From an uncultured Gammaproteobacteria bacterium (lineage in GTDB: Bacteria > Patescibacteriota > Patescibacteriia > Magasanikbacterales > UBA922), in contig CAZFUL010000001.1 of assembly GCA_964522435.1 (NCBI GenBank), forward strand, positions 117,075-181,074: a stretch of 64,000 bases of DNA, written 5' to 3'. Positions 10,518 through 22,477 of the stretch are shown here, in pieces. The notes under the pieces were generated by a model, which was given only the letters and a program-made list of their open reading frames with translations, searched no databases and was not told where the DNA came from. The translations under genes and the position numbers were made by a program. Position 1 is the stretch's first letter; the number at the start of each line of letters is the position of its first letter.

Positions 10518-11648
10518 ATGGGATTATTTCAAAAACAAGAGGGCTATTTAGGAATTGATATTGGTGCGCAAGGCATGAAGCTTGTTGAGTTACGAAAAAC
10601 AAAAAGTCGTCCACAATTGTGGACCTATGCCCTGTTGCATCATCCGATAGATATTCATGAATTAGCTCCTGCTGGGGCTAGTATGGTGCCTCCTGCCGAT
10701 GGGGCGTTTATGTCTGAAGGACAGAAGCAACCGGTATCGCCCATAACTGCAGATGATCCCCGCATTGATGAATACGCGCAGTTGCTGAAAGAATTGGTAA
10801 AAAAATCTCAGGCAACCAGTCGGCGGGCAACGGCCAGTTTACCGGTTTCACAAGTGTTTCATGCGGTGATTACCTTGCCGACGGTCGATCTAAAAGAATT
10901 AGATCATCATGTACGCGCAAAAGTAAAAAAAATGTTGCCGCAATCTATTGATGATATGCAGGTGGTGCACCAGTTGATTCCGAATAAAGAAGAAGATAAA
11001 AAACCAAAATTTATGCGGGTCCTCGTGACTGCCGCACCCAAACCCTTAGTCTCCTTTTATAGCGCGATCTTTCAAAAAGCAGGCTTACAATTAGAAGAGC
11101 TTGAAACAGAAGCCTTTGCTCTCGAGCGATCGTTGGTAGGACATGATCAGTCCACCATTATGCTCGTGGATATTGGTGCAGAGCGGACAAACTTTTTTGT
11201 GGTAGACCAAGGCTTACCCATTACGCATAGAAGTATTGCGCTTGGGGGAGATGCGATTGATAAAGAATTAAGTGCGCGCTTGGGAATTGATATTGCGCTC
11301 GTGAATCAAATGAAAATAGATTTGTCTCGTTCACCCAAAACGGGAAATAGTGCCGCAGTATTTACGAATCTGTTTGACCCTATTGTAAAAGAGATAGAAT
11401 ATAGTGTGGATTTGTTTATTCACCAAACAGGAAATGAAGGAAAACGCTTAGAAAAAATTATTCTAACCGGTGGCGCCGCCTTATTTCCCCCAATTATTGA
11501 TGTGATCCGCCAATCCTTTTCTGTGAATGTCTTTATTGGCGATCCTTGGGCCCGGGTCGTGTATCAACCTGGCTTACGGCAGGTACTTGACGATATCGGT
11601 GCCCGTATGGCGGTAAGTATTGGCCTTGCAATGAGAAATATAGTATAA
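10518..11648 (+). CDS. pilM: Type IV pilus assembly ATPase-like protein PilM (actin-like fold)
   Basis: N-terminal LGIDIG...KLVEL actin/HSP70-like phosphate-1 motif. Lies in a pilin/PilD neighbourhood. Confidence 0.7.
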   Translation: MGLFQKQEGYLGIDIGAQGMKLVELRKTKSRPQLWTYALLHHPIDIHELAPAGASMVPPADGAFMSEGQKQPVSPITADDPRIDEYAQLLKELVKKSQATSRRATASLPVSQVFHAVITLPTVDLKELDHHVRAKVKKMLPQSIDDMQVVHQLIPNKEEDKKPKFMRVLVTAAPKPLVSFYSAIFQKAGLQLEELETEAFALERSLVGHDQSTIMLVDIGAERTNFFVVDQGLPITHRSIALGGDAIDKELSARLGIDIALVNQMKIDLSRSPKTGNSAAVFTNLFDPIVKEIEYSVDLFIHQTGNEGKRLEKIILTGGAALFPPIIDVIRQSFSVNVFIGDPWARVVYQPGLRQVLDDIGARMAVSIGLAMRNIV

Positions 11649-11689
11649 TAGTAATATACCTTTTACGTTAACATTATCTTTATCTACCT

Positions 11690-12070
11690 ATGGCAAAAAA
11701 GAACTATTCCGTCCTTCTTGTCGAAGATGACAGTTTTCTTGCGAATATCTACAAAACAAAGTTTGAAATGGAGGGATTTAAAGTAACTGTTGCCGGCAAC
11801 GGGGAGTTAGGATTAAAAGAAGCAAAGAAAAAAATACCAGATGTGATATTACTGGATATTTTGTTACCCAAAATGGATGGGTTTACGGTATTGGAACATT
11901 TGAAAGAAGATACAGAACTCAAAGCAGTCCCGGTTATTTTGTTAACCAACTTAGGACAAAAAGATGATGTGGATAAAGGATTAAAACTTGGTGCGGCAGA
12001 TTATTTGATTAAGGCACACTTTAAACCATCTGAAACGGTTGAGAAGGTGATGAAAGTGTTGGAGGGTTAA
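11690..12070 (+). CDS. Stand-alone response regulator receiver (CheY-like)
   Basis: VLLVEDD, phospho-acceptor D in ILLDILLP, and the conserved T and K (LIKAHF...KP). Confidence 0.8.
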   Translation: MAKKNYSVLLVEDDSFLANIYKTKFEMEGFKVTVAGNGELGLKEAKKKIPDVILLDILLPKMDGFTVLEHLKEDTELKAVPVILLTNLGQKDDVDKGLKLGAADYLIKAHFKPSETVEKVMKVLEG

Positions 12071-12124
12071 TAATTGAATCGTTATTATGACGAAATTTTT
12101 GAAAAGAGAGGGGGTGACAGAGAT

Positions 12125-12556
12125 ATGAATAAAAAAGGATTTACCTTGATTGAATTATTGGTTGTTATCGCAATCATTGGTCTTTTGTCTACTCTGGCGG
12201 TTGTTGCGCTTGGTAGTGCTCGTGAAAAAGCACGCGACTCAAAACGCTTAGCAGACTTAAAACAAGTACAAACCGCGTTGGAATTGTACTATACCGATAA
12301 TAATGAATACCCAATCGTGGCTGCTCCTGGAGAAGATCTAGGAACAGGAAATTACGCTTGTTTGAATAATGCTGGGTTTGCAGCAACAGGTTGTGCAAGT
12401 CCATACATGGGACAAGTTCCAGTAGGACCACTTCCAGCTGAAGTATACGTCTATACTTCTCCAACCGGAACATCATACACCATTGATGCTACTCTAGAAG
12501 GAGACGTAAATGGGTTAACGGACGATATTCAAGCAACACCATCTGGTATTCAATAG
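12125..12556 (+). CDS. Type IV pilin-like protein (prepilin N-terminal methylation motif)
   Basis: [18 protein letters not shown] class III signal motif. SD-like ggggtga upstream of ATG 12125. Confidence 0.75.
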   Translation: MNKKGFTLIELLVVIAIIGLLSTLAVVALGSAREKARDSKRLADLKQVQTALELYYTDNNEYPIVAAPGEDLGTGNYACLNNAGFAATGCASPYMGQVPVGPLPAEVYVYTSPTGTSYTIDATLEGDVNGLTDDIQATPSGIQ

Positions 12557-12568
12557 TCTATCGTTATA

Positions 12569-12601
12569 AAAAGACCTGAGCCCATTGCTCGGGTTTTTTT
12601 T
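12569..12601 (+). terminator. Hairpin plus T-run after the pilin gene
   Basis: cctgagcccattgctcggg followed by ttttttttt. Confidence 0.5.
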
Positions 12602-12638
12602 ATTGTTCATTCTGACAAGTTTTGCTATACTACACGCT

Positions 12639-15466
<2,828 letters not shown>

Positions 15467-15475
15467 AGATACTCA

Positions 15476-15600
15476 GTTCTGTCACTCCGAGCGAAAGGAG
15501 GCATTAGCCGACTGAAGTCGAGGAGTTTAGGATATTAGTACTGATGATATAAAGTTCCTTAACCTCTCGACTCCCTACGGTCGCTCGAGGTGACACATGA
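15476..15600. other. Long imperfect palindrome / structured element between ligA and gatC
   Basis: gtcactccgagcga...tcgctcgaggtgac and gtcgaggag...cctctcgac nested inverted repeats. Locally more GC-rich than the flanks. Confidence 0.4.
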
Positions 15601-15644
15601 TGGGTCTTTTCTTCTAGAAATTTTTTTGCTACACTAGCCCTACT

Positions 15645-15950
15645 ATGAAACTGCAAAAAAGTGATGTAGAACATATTGCGCTTCTTGCGAGAATCGCCTT
15701 AACCGAAGAAGAAAAAGAACGCTATACCGAAGAATTATCCGGTATTTTTGGCTATGTTGAGCTGTTGAATGAAGTAGATATTTCTGCGGTAGAAGAAACA
15801 TCACAAGTAACCGGATTACAAGACCTTACCCGCGAGGATATTGCCCTGCCTCAAGATGAGGAAACAACCAAAAAATTGATTGCTGCATTTCCGCAACGCT
15901 TTGGCGTGTTTTTGCAAGTGCCCGGAGTATTTACTGAGCCGGAAGAATAA
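15645..15950 (+). CDS. gatC: Asp/Glu-tRNA amidotransferase subunit C
   Basis: About 100 aa with characteristic LxxVExIAxLARIxLTEEE N-terminus. Directly precedes gatA. Confidence 0.8.
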   Translation: MKLQKSDVEHIALLARIALTEEEKERYTEELSGIFGYVELLNEVDISAVEETSQVTGLQDLTREDIALPQDEETTKKLIAAFPQRFGVFLQVPGVFTEPEE

Positions 15951-15953
15951 TAT

Positions 15954-17393
15954 TTGTTTATGTCACTAAATACCTTAAGCGTTACAGAAGCCTGTATTGG
16001 CTTACGAAAAAAAGAATTTTCCGCGGTAGAATTAACCGAGGCCTGTTTAGATAGAATTGATGCGCGTAATGACCATATTAATGCCTTTATTAGTGTTAAT
16101 AAAGAGCAGGCGCTTGAACAAGCCCGTGAAGCAGATACACAATTAGCACAAGGCACGGCACCCATATTGGCTGGGATTCCGTTTTCGGTAAAAGATGCTA
16201 TTTGTACCAAAGATATTCGTTCCACTGGTTCTGCAAAGATATTAGATAATTATGTTCCACCCTTTGATGCAACGGTGATTGAACGTTTGTGTACAGAAGG
16301 TGGTATTGTGATTGGAAAAACAAATTGCGATAGTTTTGGCCATGGCGCGAGTAATGAAAATTCTATGTATGGCCCGGTGCGAAATCCGCATGATGAAAGC
16401 AAAGTGTCCGGAGGATCAAGTGGTGGTTCTGCGGCGTCTGTTGCCGATGATCAATGTTTGTTTTCTGTTGCAGAAGATACGGGTGGCTCTATTCGTCAGC
16501 CAGCAGCGTTTTGTGGTATTGCTGGGTTACGCCCAAGTTATGGACGCAACTCTCGCTACGGTATTATGCCTATGGCAAGTTCTCTTGATACGGTTGGCCC
16601 CATGGCAAAAAGCGTCGAAGATATTGCGCTCTTAATGGAAATTATGGCAGGGCAAGATCCCTATGATCTTACCTCTGTGCCAGATGCGGTCCCTGCGTAT
16701 CGTGAACTCATTCAACAATCGCTTAAGGGCTTAACCGTCGGGATTCCAGAAGAATATTTTTCACTCGAGGGCATGGATGAGGAATCTCGTCGTATGGTAG
16801 AAGAGGCGATACAGCAATTTACTGAGCTCGGTTGTACGCTTAAACGAGTATCCTTGCCACATACCAAATACGCTATTCCTACCTATTATATTGTGGTTCC
16901 CTGTGAAGACAGTTCTAATTTGGCGCGCATTGATGGTATTCGCTATGGGGTGCAAGAAAAACACGAACGCTTGGTAGATATGTATCGCTATTCTCGTGAT
17001 CGCGGATTTCCCCCAGAAGTAAAACGCCGTATTATGATTGGCACCTATGCTTTATCTGCGGGCTACTATGATGCGTATTATCGGAAAGCACAAAAAGTGC
17101 GCACGCTTATTAAACAAGATTTTGAACAAGTGTTTGCCAACGAAGTGGATGTGTTAGTAACACCAACATCACCTTATCCTGCGTTTGGCATTGGAGAAAA
17201 AGCAAATGATCCCTTAGCAATGTACTTGGCAGATGTGTTTGTGAGTCCTGCGTCTTTGGCCGGAGTGCCCGCATTATCTGTTCCGGTAGGTAAAACGGCT
17301 GCAGGATTACCGGTGGGTATGCAAATTATTGGACCCCGACTTTCTGAAGGGCTTGTGTTACGCGTGGGACACCAATATTCAATGAACAACTAG
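15954..17393 (+). CDS. gatA: Glutamyl-tRNA(Gln) amidotransferase subunit A (amidase signature)
   Basis: GGSSGGSAA amidase signature and a K...S...S catalytic context. Confidence 0.9.
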   Translation: MFMSLNTLSVTEACIGLRKKEFSAVELTEACLDRIDARNDHINAFISVNKEQALEQAREADTQLAQGTAPILAGIPFSVKDAICTKDIRSTGSAKILDNYVPPFDATVIERLCTEGGIVIGKTNCDSFGHGASNENSMYGPVRNPHDESKVSGGSSGGSAASVADDQCLFSVAEDTGGSIRQPAAFCGIAGLRPSYGRNSRYGIMPMASSLDTVGPMAKSVEDIALLMEIMAGQDPYDLTSVPDAVPAYRELIQQSLKGLTVGIPEEYFSLEGMDEESRRMVEEAIQQFTELGCTLKRVSLPHTKYAIPTYYIVVPCEDSSNLARIDGIRYGVQEKHERLVDMYRYSRDRGFPPEVKRRIMIGTYALSAGYYDAYYRKAQKVRTLIKQDFEQVFANEVDVLVTPTSPYPAFGIGEKANDPLAMYLADVFVSPASLAGVPALSVPVGKTAAGLPVGMQIIGPRLSEGLVLRVGHQYSMNN

Positions 17394-17445
17394 CAATTAA
17401 CAATGAACAATTCTTTAAAATTTTTGTTAATTGCTAATTGTTAAA
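17392..17445. promoter_or_regulatory. Perfect 12-bp inverted repeat agcaattaacaa / ttgttaattgct spanning the gatA stop and the LOG start
   Basis: Seen in sequence. AT-rich TTAATTG-type repeats lie between the arms. Confidence 0.3.
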
Positions 17446-18782
17446 TGTTAATTGTCTCTATGGATAAACAATATAGCTTTGGATTAAATGAAACAGGCAA
17501 CTACCGCGAACCGTGGCAGATTTTTCGTATCATGTCTGAATTTGTGGAAGGTTACCAATTTTTAAGCACGCTCAAAAAAGAAGTGACCATATTAGGATCT
17601 GCGCGCTTTTTACCTCATCAAGAATATTACAAAGTTGCGCAAGAGTTAGGCGCACTGCTCGGAAAATCTGGCTATAACACGCTTACTGGTGGCGGACCAG
17701 GGATTATGGAAGCAGCAAACCGTGGTGCGTTTGAAGTAGGGGGAGAATCTATTGGCTTAAATATCGAACTCCCGCTTGAACAAAAACTCAGTCCTTATGT
17801 AAAAAAGTCTGTATCGTTTTCGTACTTTTTTACTCGCAAAGTCATGTTAACTTCACCCGCACATAGTTTTGTGTTTTTTCCCGGAGGCTTTGGGACCTTA
17901 GACGAATTTTTTGAAGTAGTCGACCACATGGATATTGGCAAAATGAGTGAAGTGCCCGTTATTTTGGTAGGAAAAGAATATTGGGAACCCTTGGTTGCCT
18001 TTTTAGAAGATCGCTGTTGTGCGCATGGAACAACCTCGCATACCCGTATTCAATCATGGAAAATCGTTGAAACGGCAGAAGAAGCCTTTGCCCTTATTCA
18101 AGAACATGGAAAAGAAGCAAATAATTGCGAGCTTTCTCCCGCGCGCTTTCATAGTGGAGAATATGATGTGGATTGGAAAGTATTCCGCATTATGGCAGAA
18201 CTGGTGCAAGGCTTTGAGTTTTTAACCGGATTAGTAGAAGACGTCACCGTGCTTGGGACAAAATCCATGGAGCCAACAAATCCTTTTTACGAACAGGCGT
18301 ATCAATTAGGTCGTTCTTTAGGCGAAAATGGCTATGCCGTGGTTACCGGAGGAGCAACGGGCGTTGCCGAAGCAGCAAACAAAGGAGCCATGGCGGTCGG
18401 TGGAGAATCCATTGGGATTGGTATGGAAGTAGAAGGGGAGAATCGCTTAAACGAATTTGTGAATCGTTCTATTACCTTTAAATTTCCCTTTACCCGTAAA
18501 CTTATTGTCACGGCGCCATCCAAAGCCTTTGTCTTTTTTCCTGGTGGATTTGGTACCTTGCATCAACTGTTTGAAGTATTAACCTTAATACAAACCGGCA
18601 AAATGCCTCGCGTGCCAATTATTTTATTTGGAGAAACCTATTGGCAAGGGGTTGATGACTTTATTCGCAATGTGTTGTCTGAACGCTTGCAAACCATTAA
18701 TGTAGAAGATACCAAACTCTATACTATTGTTGATTCTGTAGAAGACAGCCTTACCCTTATTAATGATTTTCGGGGGAAATAA
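17445..18782 (+). CDS. Tandem LOG-family (TIGR00730 / Rossmann-fold nucleotide-binding) protein
   Basis: Two copies of GGGPGIMEAANRGA and PGGFGTL(D/H)E motifs. 445 aa. Confidence 0.75.
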   Translation: MLIVSMDKQYSFGLNETGNYREPWQIFRIMSEFVEGYQFLSTLKKEVTILGSARFLPHQEYYKVAQELGALLGKSGYNTLTGGGPGIMEAANRGAFEVGGESIGLNIELPLEQKLSPYVKKSVSFSYFFTRKVMLTSPAHSFVFFPGGFGTLDEFFEVVDHMDIGKMSEVPVILVGKEYWEPLVAFLEDRCCAHGTTSHTRIQSWKIVETAEEAFALIQEHGKEANNCELSPARFHSGEYDVDWKVFRIMAELVQGFEFLTGLVEDVTVLGTKSMEPTNPFYEQAYQLGRSLGENGYAVVTGGATGVAEAANKGAMAVGGESIGIGMEVEGENRLNEFVNRSITFKFPFTRKLIVTAPSKAFVFFPGGFGTLHQLFEVLTLIQTGKMPRVPIILFGETYWQGVDDFIRNVLSERLQTINVEDTKLYTIVDSVEDSLTLINDFRGK

Positions 18783-18785
18783 TAT

Positions 18786-18876
18786 TGGCGGAAGGTGAGG
18801 GATTCGAACCCTCGATACCCTTTCAGGTATACCACCTTTCCAAGGTGGCGCACTCGACCAACTATGCGAACCTTCC
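18786..18876 (-). tRNA. tRNA-Ser (anticodon GGA), class II with long variable arm, CCA encoded
   Basis: Manual cloverleaf: acceptor GGAAGGT/ACCTTCC, D-stem GCA/TGC, anticodon stem CCACC/GGTGG with loop TTGGAAA, variable arm ATACC-TGAAA-GGGTAT, T-arm GAGGG-TTCGAAT-CCCTC. Confidence 0.85.
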
Positions 18877-19241
18877 GTAAGTGTGACTAAGACTATCACA
18901 AAAAGGGAGCAAAATCAACTCCAAGACAGCTGCTTTTAGGCGGTGATTTTTATTGTTGAAGAATAGGGGAGAATTTGGTAGGATGGGGGAAGGTATATTC
19001 CCTCGCAAAAGCCGTCGAGTTAGTATTCGGAGCTACTGTGTAGTCGTTAAAATGTATAATGATTTCGTATAAGAATGAGTTATCTGAAATATTCCTTTTC
19101 TTTTCCGACGATAGTCGGTTGTTTTAAAAATTTTCAAATTTCTTTTTCCAATGGGGGGTTCCTATTGGAAAAATTATTTTATAGGGGAATAAAGAGGTGT
19201 CCCTCCGTATAATCGGCGGGACGATTATCTAAAATATAAAC

Positions 19242-20048
19242 ATGATTCCACCAAACTATAAAAGCTACTTTGAAATAAACCACTCTAATATTGAACGAGT
19301 GCAAATCTTTTTAAGTAGCAAATATATTTTCACTATCGGGATTTACAAAAAGGAAATGGGATTTTACATTGATTTTCCTAAATTTAACAAGTCAAACACG
19401 ACAGTTGCAAAATATATATTGCCCAAAGGACAAAGCTATATTGAAAAACTTGATCCCACGGCAACCGAACAAAAAAATATTTGTCCGAAATTAAGTTTTC
19501 ATGAATCAGGCTGGGTACTACTATCCAAGAGCGGATTTTTCTTTGATAAAACAATATCTCGCCAAAAAACCAATGATTCAATATTTAAAAATGATGGTAC
19601 GCACGTATTTACCATATCATTGCAAAATCCTAATTTTCTTCCCGACGAACCTCCTGCGATGAAAACACGCACCCGTGATATTGCATTACCGTCTTCTCCA
19701 CTTCCTAATGCAATCAAATTCGTAGGAAATTTATGGAAAAAGAGTGATCTTCAAGAAAGTTTTAAAGAATTTGGAATGCTAAAAAATGAAACTGAGTATC
19801 CCATAATATGGCCACGCAACGATGGAAGTAATTTGGGTGATATTGTGTTCATATTAAAATTTTGCCACTTAGTAGATTCAGAACCACTTTATTTGAGTGT
19901 CCGATGTATGATTATTCCAATTATGGATAAAGAATATTCAAAAGGAACTTTATTGACGTTGATGAGTGGCTTCATTTTTGGTGATGTGATCAATACTGAA
20001 AAAGAGACTGATTTCATCAGTTTTATTGCAAAAAGAGAACGAAATTGA
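19242..20048 (+). CDS. Hypothetical protein (268 aa), first gene of the defence island
   Basis: ATG ORF with no recognisable motif. Lies between tRNA-Ser and the HTH/methyltransferase genes. Confidence 0.5.
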   Translation: MIPPNYKSYFEINHSNIERVQIFLSSKYIFTIGIYKKEMGFYIDFPKFNKSNTTVAKYILPKGQSYIEKLDPTATEQKNICPKLSFHESGWVLLSKSGFFFDKTISRQKTNDSIFKNDGTHVFTISLQNPNFLPDEPPAMKTRTRDIALPSSPLPNAIKFVGNLWKKSDLQESFKEFGMLKNETEYPIIWPRNDGSNLGDIVFILKFCHLVDSEPLYLSVRCMIIPIMDKEYSKGTLLTLMSGFIFGDVINTEKETDFISFIAKRERN

Positions 20049-20100
20049 CATAAAGTAGGCAGAAGAGTAACCTACATTAAAACATATACATTATATTGGT

Positions 20101-20310
20101 ATGCCAAATACAAAAAATACTATTGCAAAAAACATTAAACGTTTGCGAACTGAACAGCAATTATCGCAGGATCGTTTATCAAAATTAGCCGACCTTTCTT
20201 TGAATACGATTGTTACTGTTGAAAGTGGTGCGAATGAAAATCCCACAATCGATACACTAGTAAAAATTGCATCTGCTTTCGGTGTTGGTGTAGATGATTT
20301 AATGAAATGA
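20101..20310 (+). CDS. XRE-family HTH transcriptional regulator (69 aa), possibly a controller for the adjacent R-M genes
   Basis: HTH_3 pattern IKRLRTEQQLSQDRLSKLADLSLNTIVTVESG. Stop is 2 nt before the next ORF. Confidence 0.75.
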   Translation: MPNTKNTIAKNIKRLRTEQQLSQDRLSKLADLSLNTIVTVESGANENPTIDTLVKIASAFGVGVDDLMK

Positions 20311-20311
20311 T

Positions 20312-20980
20312 ATGGCCAACCAGATCATTTCAAAAAAACGTGTCACAGATCATGGTGAAGTGTTTACTTCTGAGCGAGAAGTGAATGCTATGCTGGATCT
20401 TGTAAAACAGGAAACAGAACGTATAGAATCTCGTTTTCTGGAACCTGCGTGTGGTACAGGTAATTTTTTGGATCCAATTCTTAGAAGAAAACTAGAAGTT
20501 ATAAGTAAGCGATATAAAAAAAGTCAGTTGGAATTTGAAAGAAACGGTGTCGTTACGATTGGGAGTATTTACGGTGTCGATATTTTACATGACAATGTCG
20601 TAGAGTGTAGAAACAGGTTGTTTGGTATCTTTGATTCTTGCTATACTGAATTGTATAAGAAAAAATGCACAGATGAATATCGTCGTGTTATACGTTTTAT
20701 TTTGGAGAGAAATATTTTACTTGGAGATGCACTAACACTCAAGACAGTGGGAAGTAAATCAGAGCCAATCGTATTTTCTGAGTGGTCTCTTGTGAGAGGG
20801 AGTGATATCAAACGTAGAGATTATGCCTTTGCTGAATTGATTCCAAATCAATCAAAAGAAAGTACATTATTTACTACAACACAAGTGTCCGATACAGGCT
20901 CTCCTGTATTTATACCAGAACCAAAAACTGAATTTCCTTTGACGCATTTTCTAAAATTACCGTATGAGACTACCCACTAA
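20312..20980 (+). CDS. N6-adenine methyltransferase N-terminal module only (motif X GEVFTS and motif I EPACGTGNFL, no NPPY): truncated paralog or accessory subunit
   Basis: Motifs read from the translation. Overlaps the full methyltransferase by 17 nt. Confidence 0.5.
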   Translation: MANQIISKKRVTDHGEVFTSEREVNAMLDLVKQETERIESRFLEPACGTGNFLDPILRRKLEVISKRYKKSQLEFERNGVVTIGSIYGVDILHDNVVECRNRLFGIFDSCYTELYKKKCTDEYRRVIRFILERNILLGDALTLKTVGSKSEPIVFSEWSLVRGSDIKRRDYAFAELIPNQSKESTLFTTTQVSDTGSPVFIPEPKTEFPLTHFLKLPYETTH

Positions 20981-22469
20981 CTACAATCCAGACGTACTCA
21001 CATGTTTGGCGAACTTGAGTAACGACGAGGTATTTACACCTCCTAGTTTGGTCAATGAGATTCTCGATCTTTTACCAAAAAAAATTTGGAAAAATAAACA
21101 TGCTAAATTTCTTGATCCTGTGACTAAAACAGGCGTATTTCTCAGAGAAATAGCAGCTCGATTGATTGATGGTCTTGAAAAAGAGATACCAGACAGACAA
21201 GAACGAATCAATCATATCTATACCAATCAGCTCTACGGTATTGCAATTACAGAACTCACTGCACTGCTTGCACGACGAAGTGTGTACTGCTCCAAAATAG
21301 CAAACGGAAAATACTCTATCTGTACGGAATTTACAGACGAACAAGGAAATATCCGTTTCAACAGGGTAGAGCATGAGTGGCAAGGAGAAAAATGTCGATA
21401 CTGTGGAGCAAGTAAATCAGAATATGATAGAGAAGATGCACTCGAAACACACGCCTATGAGTTTATTCATACCGATGATCCAAATAACTTGTATAACAAT
21501 ATGAAATTTGATGTCATCATTGGAAATCCACCGTATCAATTGAGTGACGCTGGACACGGTAGAAGTGCAAGTCCTATCTATCATAAGTTTATTGAGCAAG
21601 CGAAAAAGATGAATCCAAGGTATTTGACGATGATTATTCCTGCTCGTTGGTTTGCTGGTGGAAAAGGGCTTGATGAATTTCGTTCTGAAATGCTCGGTGA
21701 TAAGCGTATCCGAAGAATGGTAGACTTTGAAAATTCAAATGATGTATTTTCTGGTGTTGATATTGCTGGTGGTATTTGTTATTTCCTTTGGGATAGGGAT
21801 AATACGGGACTGTGTGAAGTAACTAATTTTATCAATGGTAAAGTAGAAAGTTCTTTGCGATATCTTGATGAGTTTCCAATTTTTATCCGTCATAGTAACG
21901 CAATTCCGATTATCAAAAAAGTGCTTGCAAAAAAAGAAAATGGTGGTAAGAATTTGAGTTCTGTGGTTTCTTCTCGAAAACCATTTGGTCTCCCCACAAA
22001 CTATCCACCAAAAAATTCTGGTGTACCTTGTTGGTTTATCCAAAAAATAGGTCTTAAATACGCAAGTAAAAAAGACGTTATCGATGATGTGGGGTTGTTG
22101 GATAAATGGAAATTGTTAATTCCTCCTGCTCCTATTGCTGGACAAACTGATTTTTCTAAACCAGTAGGCTTTTATTATGATGGAAATGTAAAAATAGCGA
22201 AACCGGGTGAGTGTTGTACTGAATCTTTTATTGTGGGTGGTGCTTTTGATACTAAAAAAGAAGTAGAATCGTTCAAAACATATTTGTTTACAAAAATTGT
22301 TCGATTTTTACTTTTACAAACAGTTGTATCCCAACATGTCACTAAAGATAAATTTATTTTTATACCAGATATCGGCAAATATGAGGGTGTTTTTACAGAT
22401 GAAATGTTATGTAAGCGATGGGGTATAACAAAAGACGAATGGAAGTTTATTGATTCACGCATTAAATAG
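20964..22469 (+). CDS. N6-adenine DNA methyltransferase, gamma-class, Eco57I-like
   Basis: Motif X EVFTPPSLVNEILDLL, motif I FLDPVTKTGVFL and motif IV NPPY (VIIGNPPYQ). C-terminal Eco57I-like region. Confidence 0.8.
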   Translation: MRLPTNYNPDVLTCLANLSNDEVFTPPSLVNEILDLLPKKIWKNKHAKFLDPVTKTGVFLREIAARLIDGLEKEIPDRQERINHIYTNQLYGIAITELTALLARRSVYCSKIANGKYSICTEFTDEQGNIRFNRVEHEWQGEKCRYCGASKSEYDREDALETHAYEFIHTDDPNNLYNNMKFDVIIGNPPYQLSDAGHGRSASPIYHKFIEQAKKMNPRYLTMIIPARWFAGGKGLDEFRSEMLGDKRIRRMVDFENSNDVFSGVDIAGGICYFLWDRDNTGLCEVTNFINGKVESSLRYLDEFPIFIRHSNAIPIIKKVLAKKENGGKNLSSVVSSRKPFGLPTNYPPKNSGVPCWFIQKIGLKYASKKDVIDDVGLLDKWKLLIPPAPIAGQTDFSKPVGFYYDGNVKIAKPGECCTESFIVGGAFDTKKEVESFKTYLFTKIVRFLLLQTVVSQHVTKDKFIFIPDIGKYEGVFTDEMLCKRWGITKDEWKFIDSRIK

Positions 22470-22477
22470 TTTTTTGT

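Noticed and set aside
12585-12638. TTG start for pilD given by the ORF track
   Set aside because: The TTG lies inside the preceding terminator hairpin. ATG at 12639 gives a canonical PilD N-terminus.
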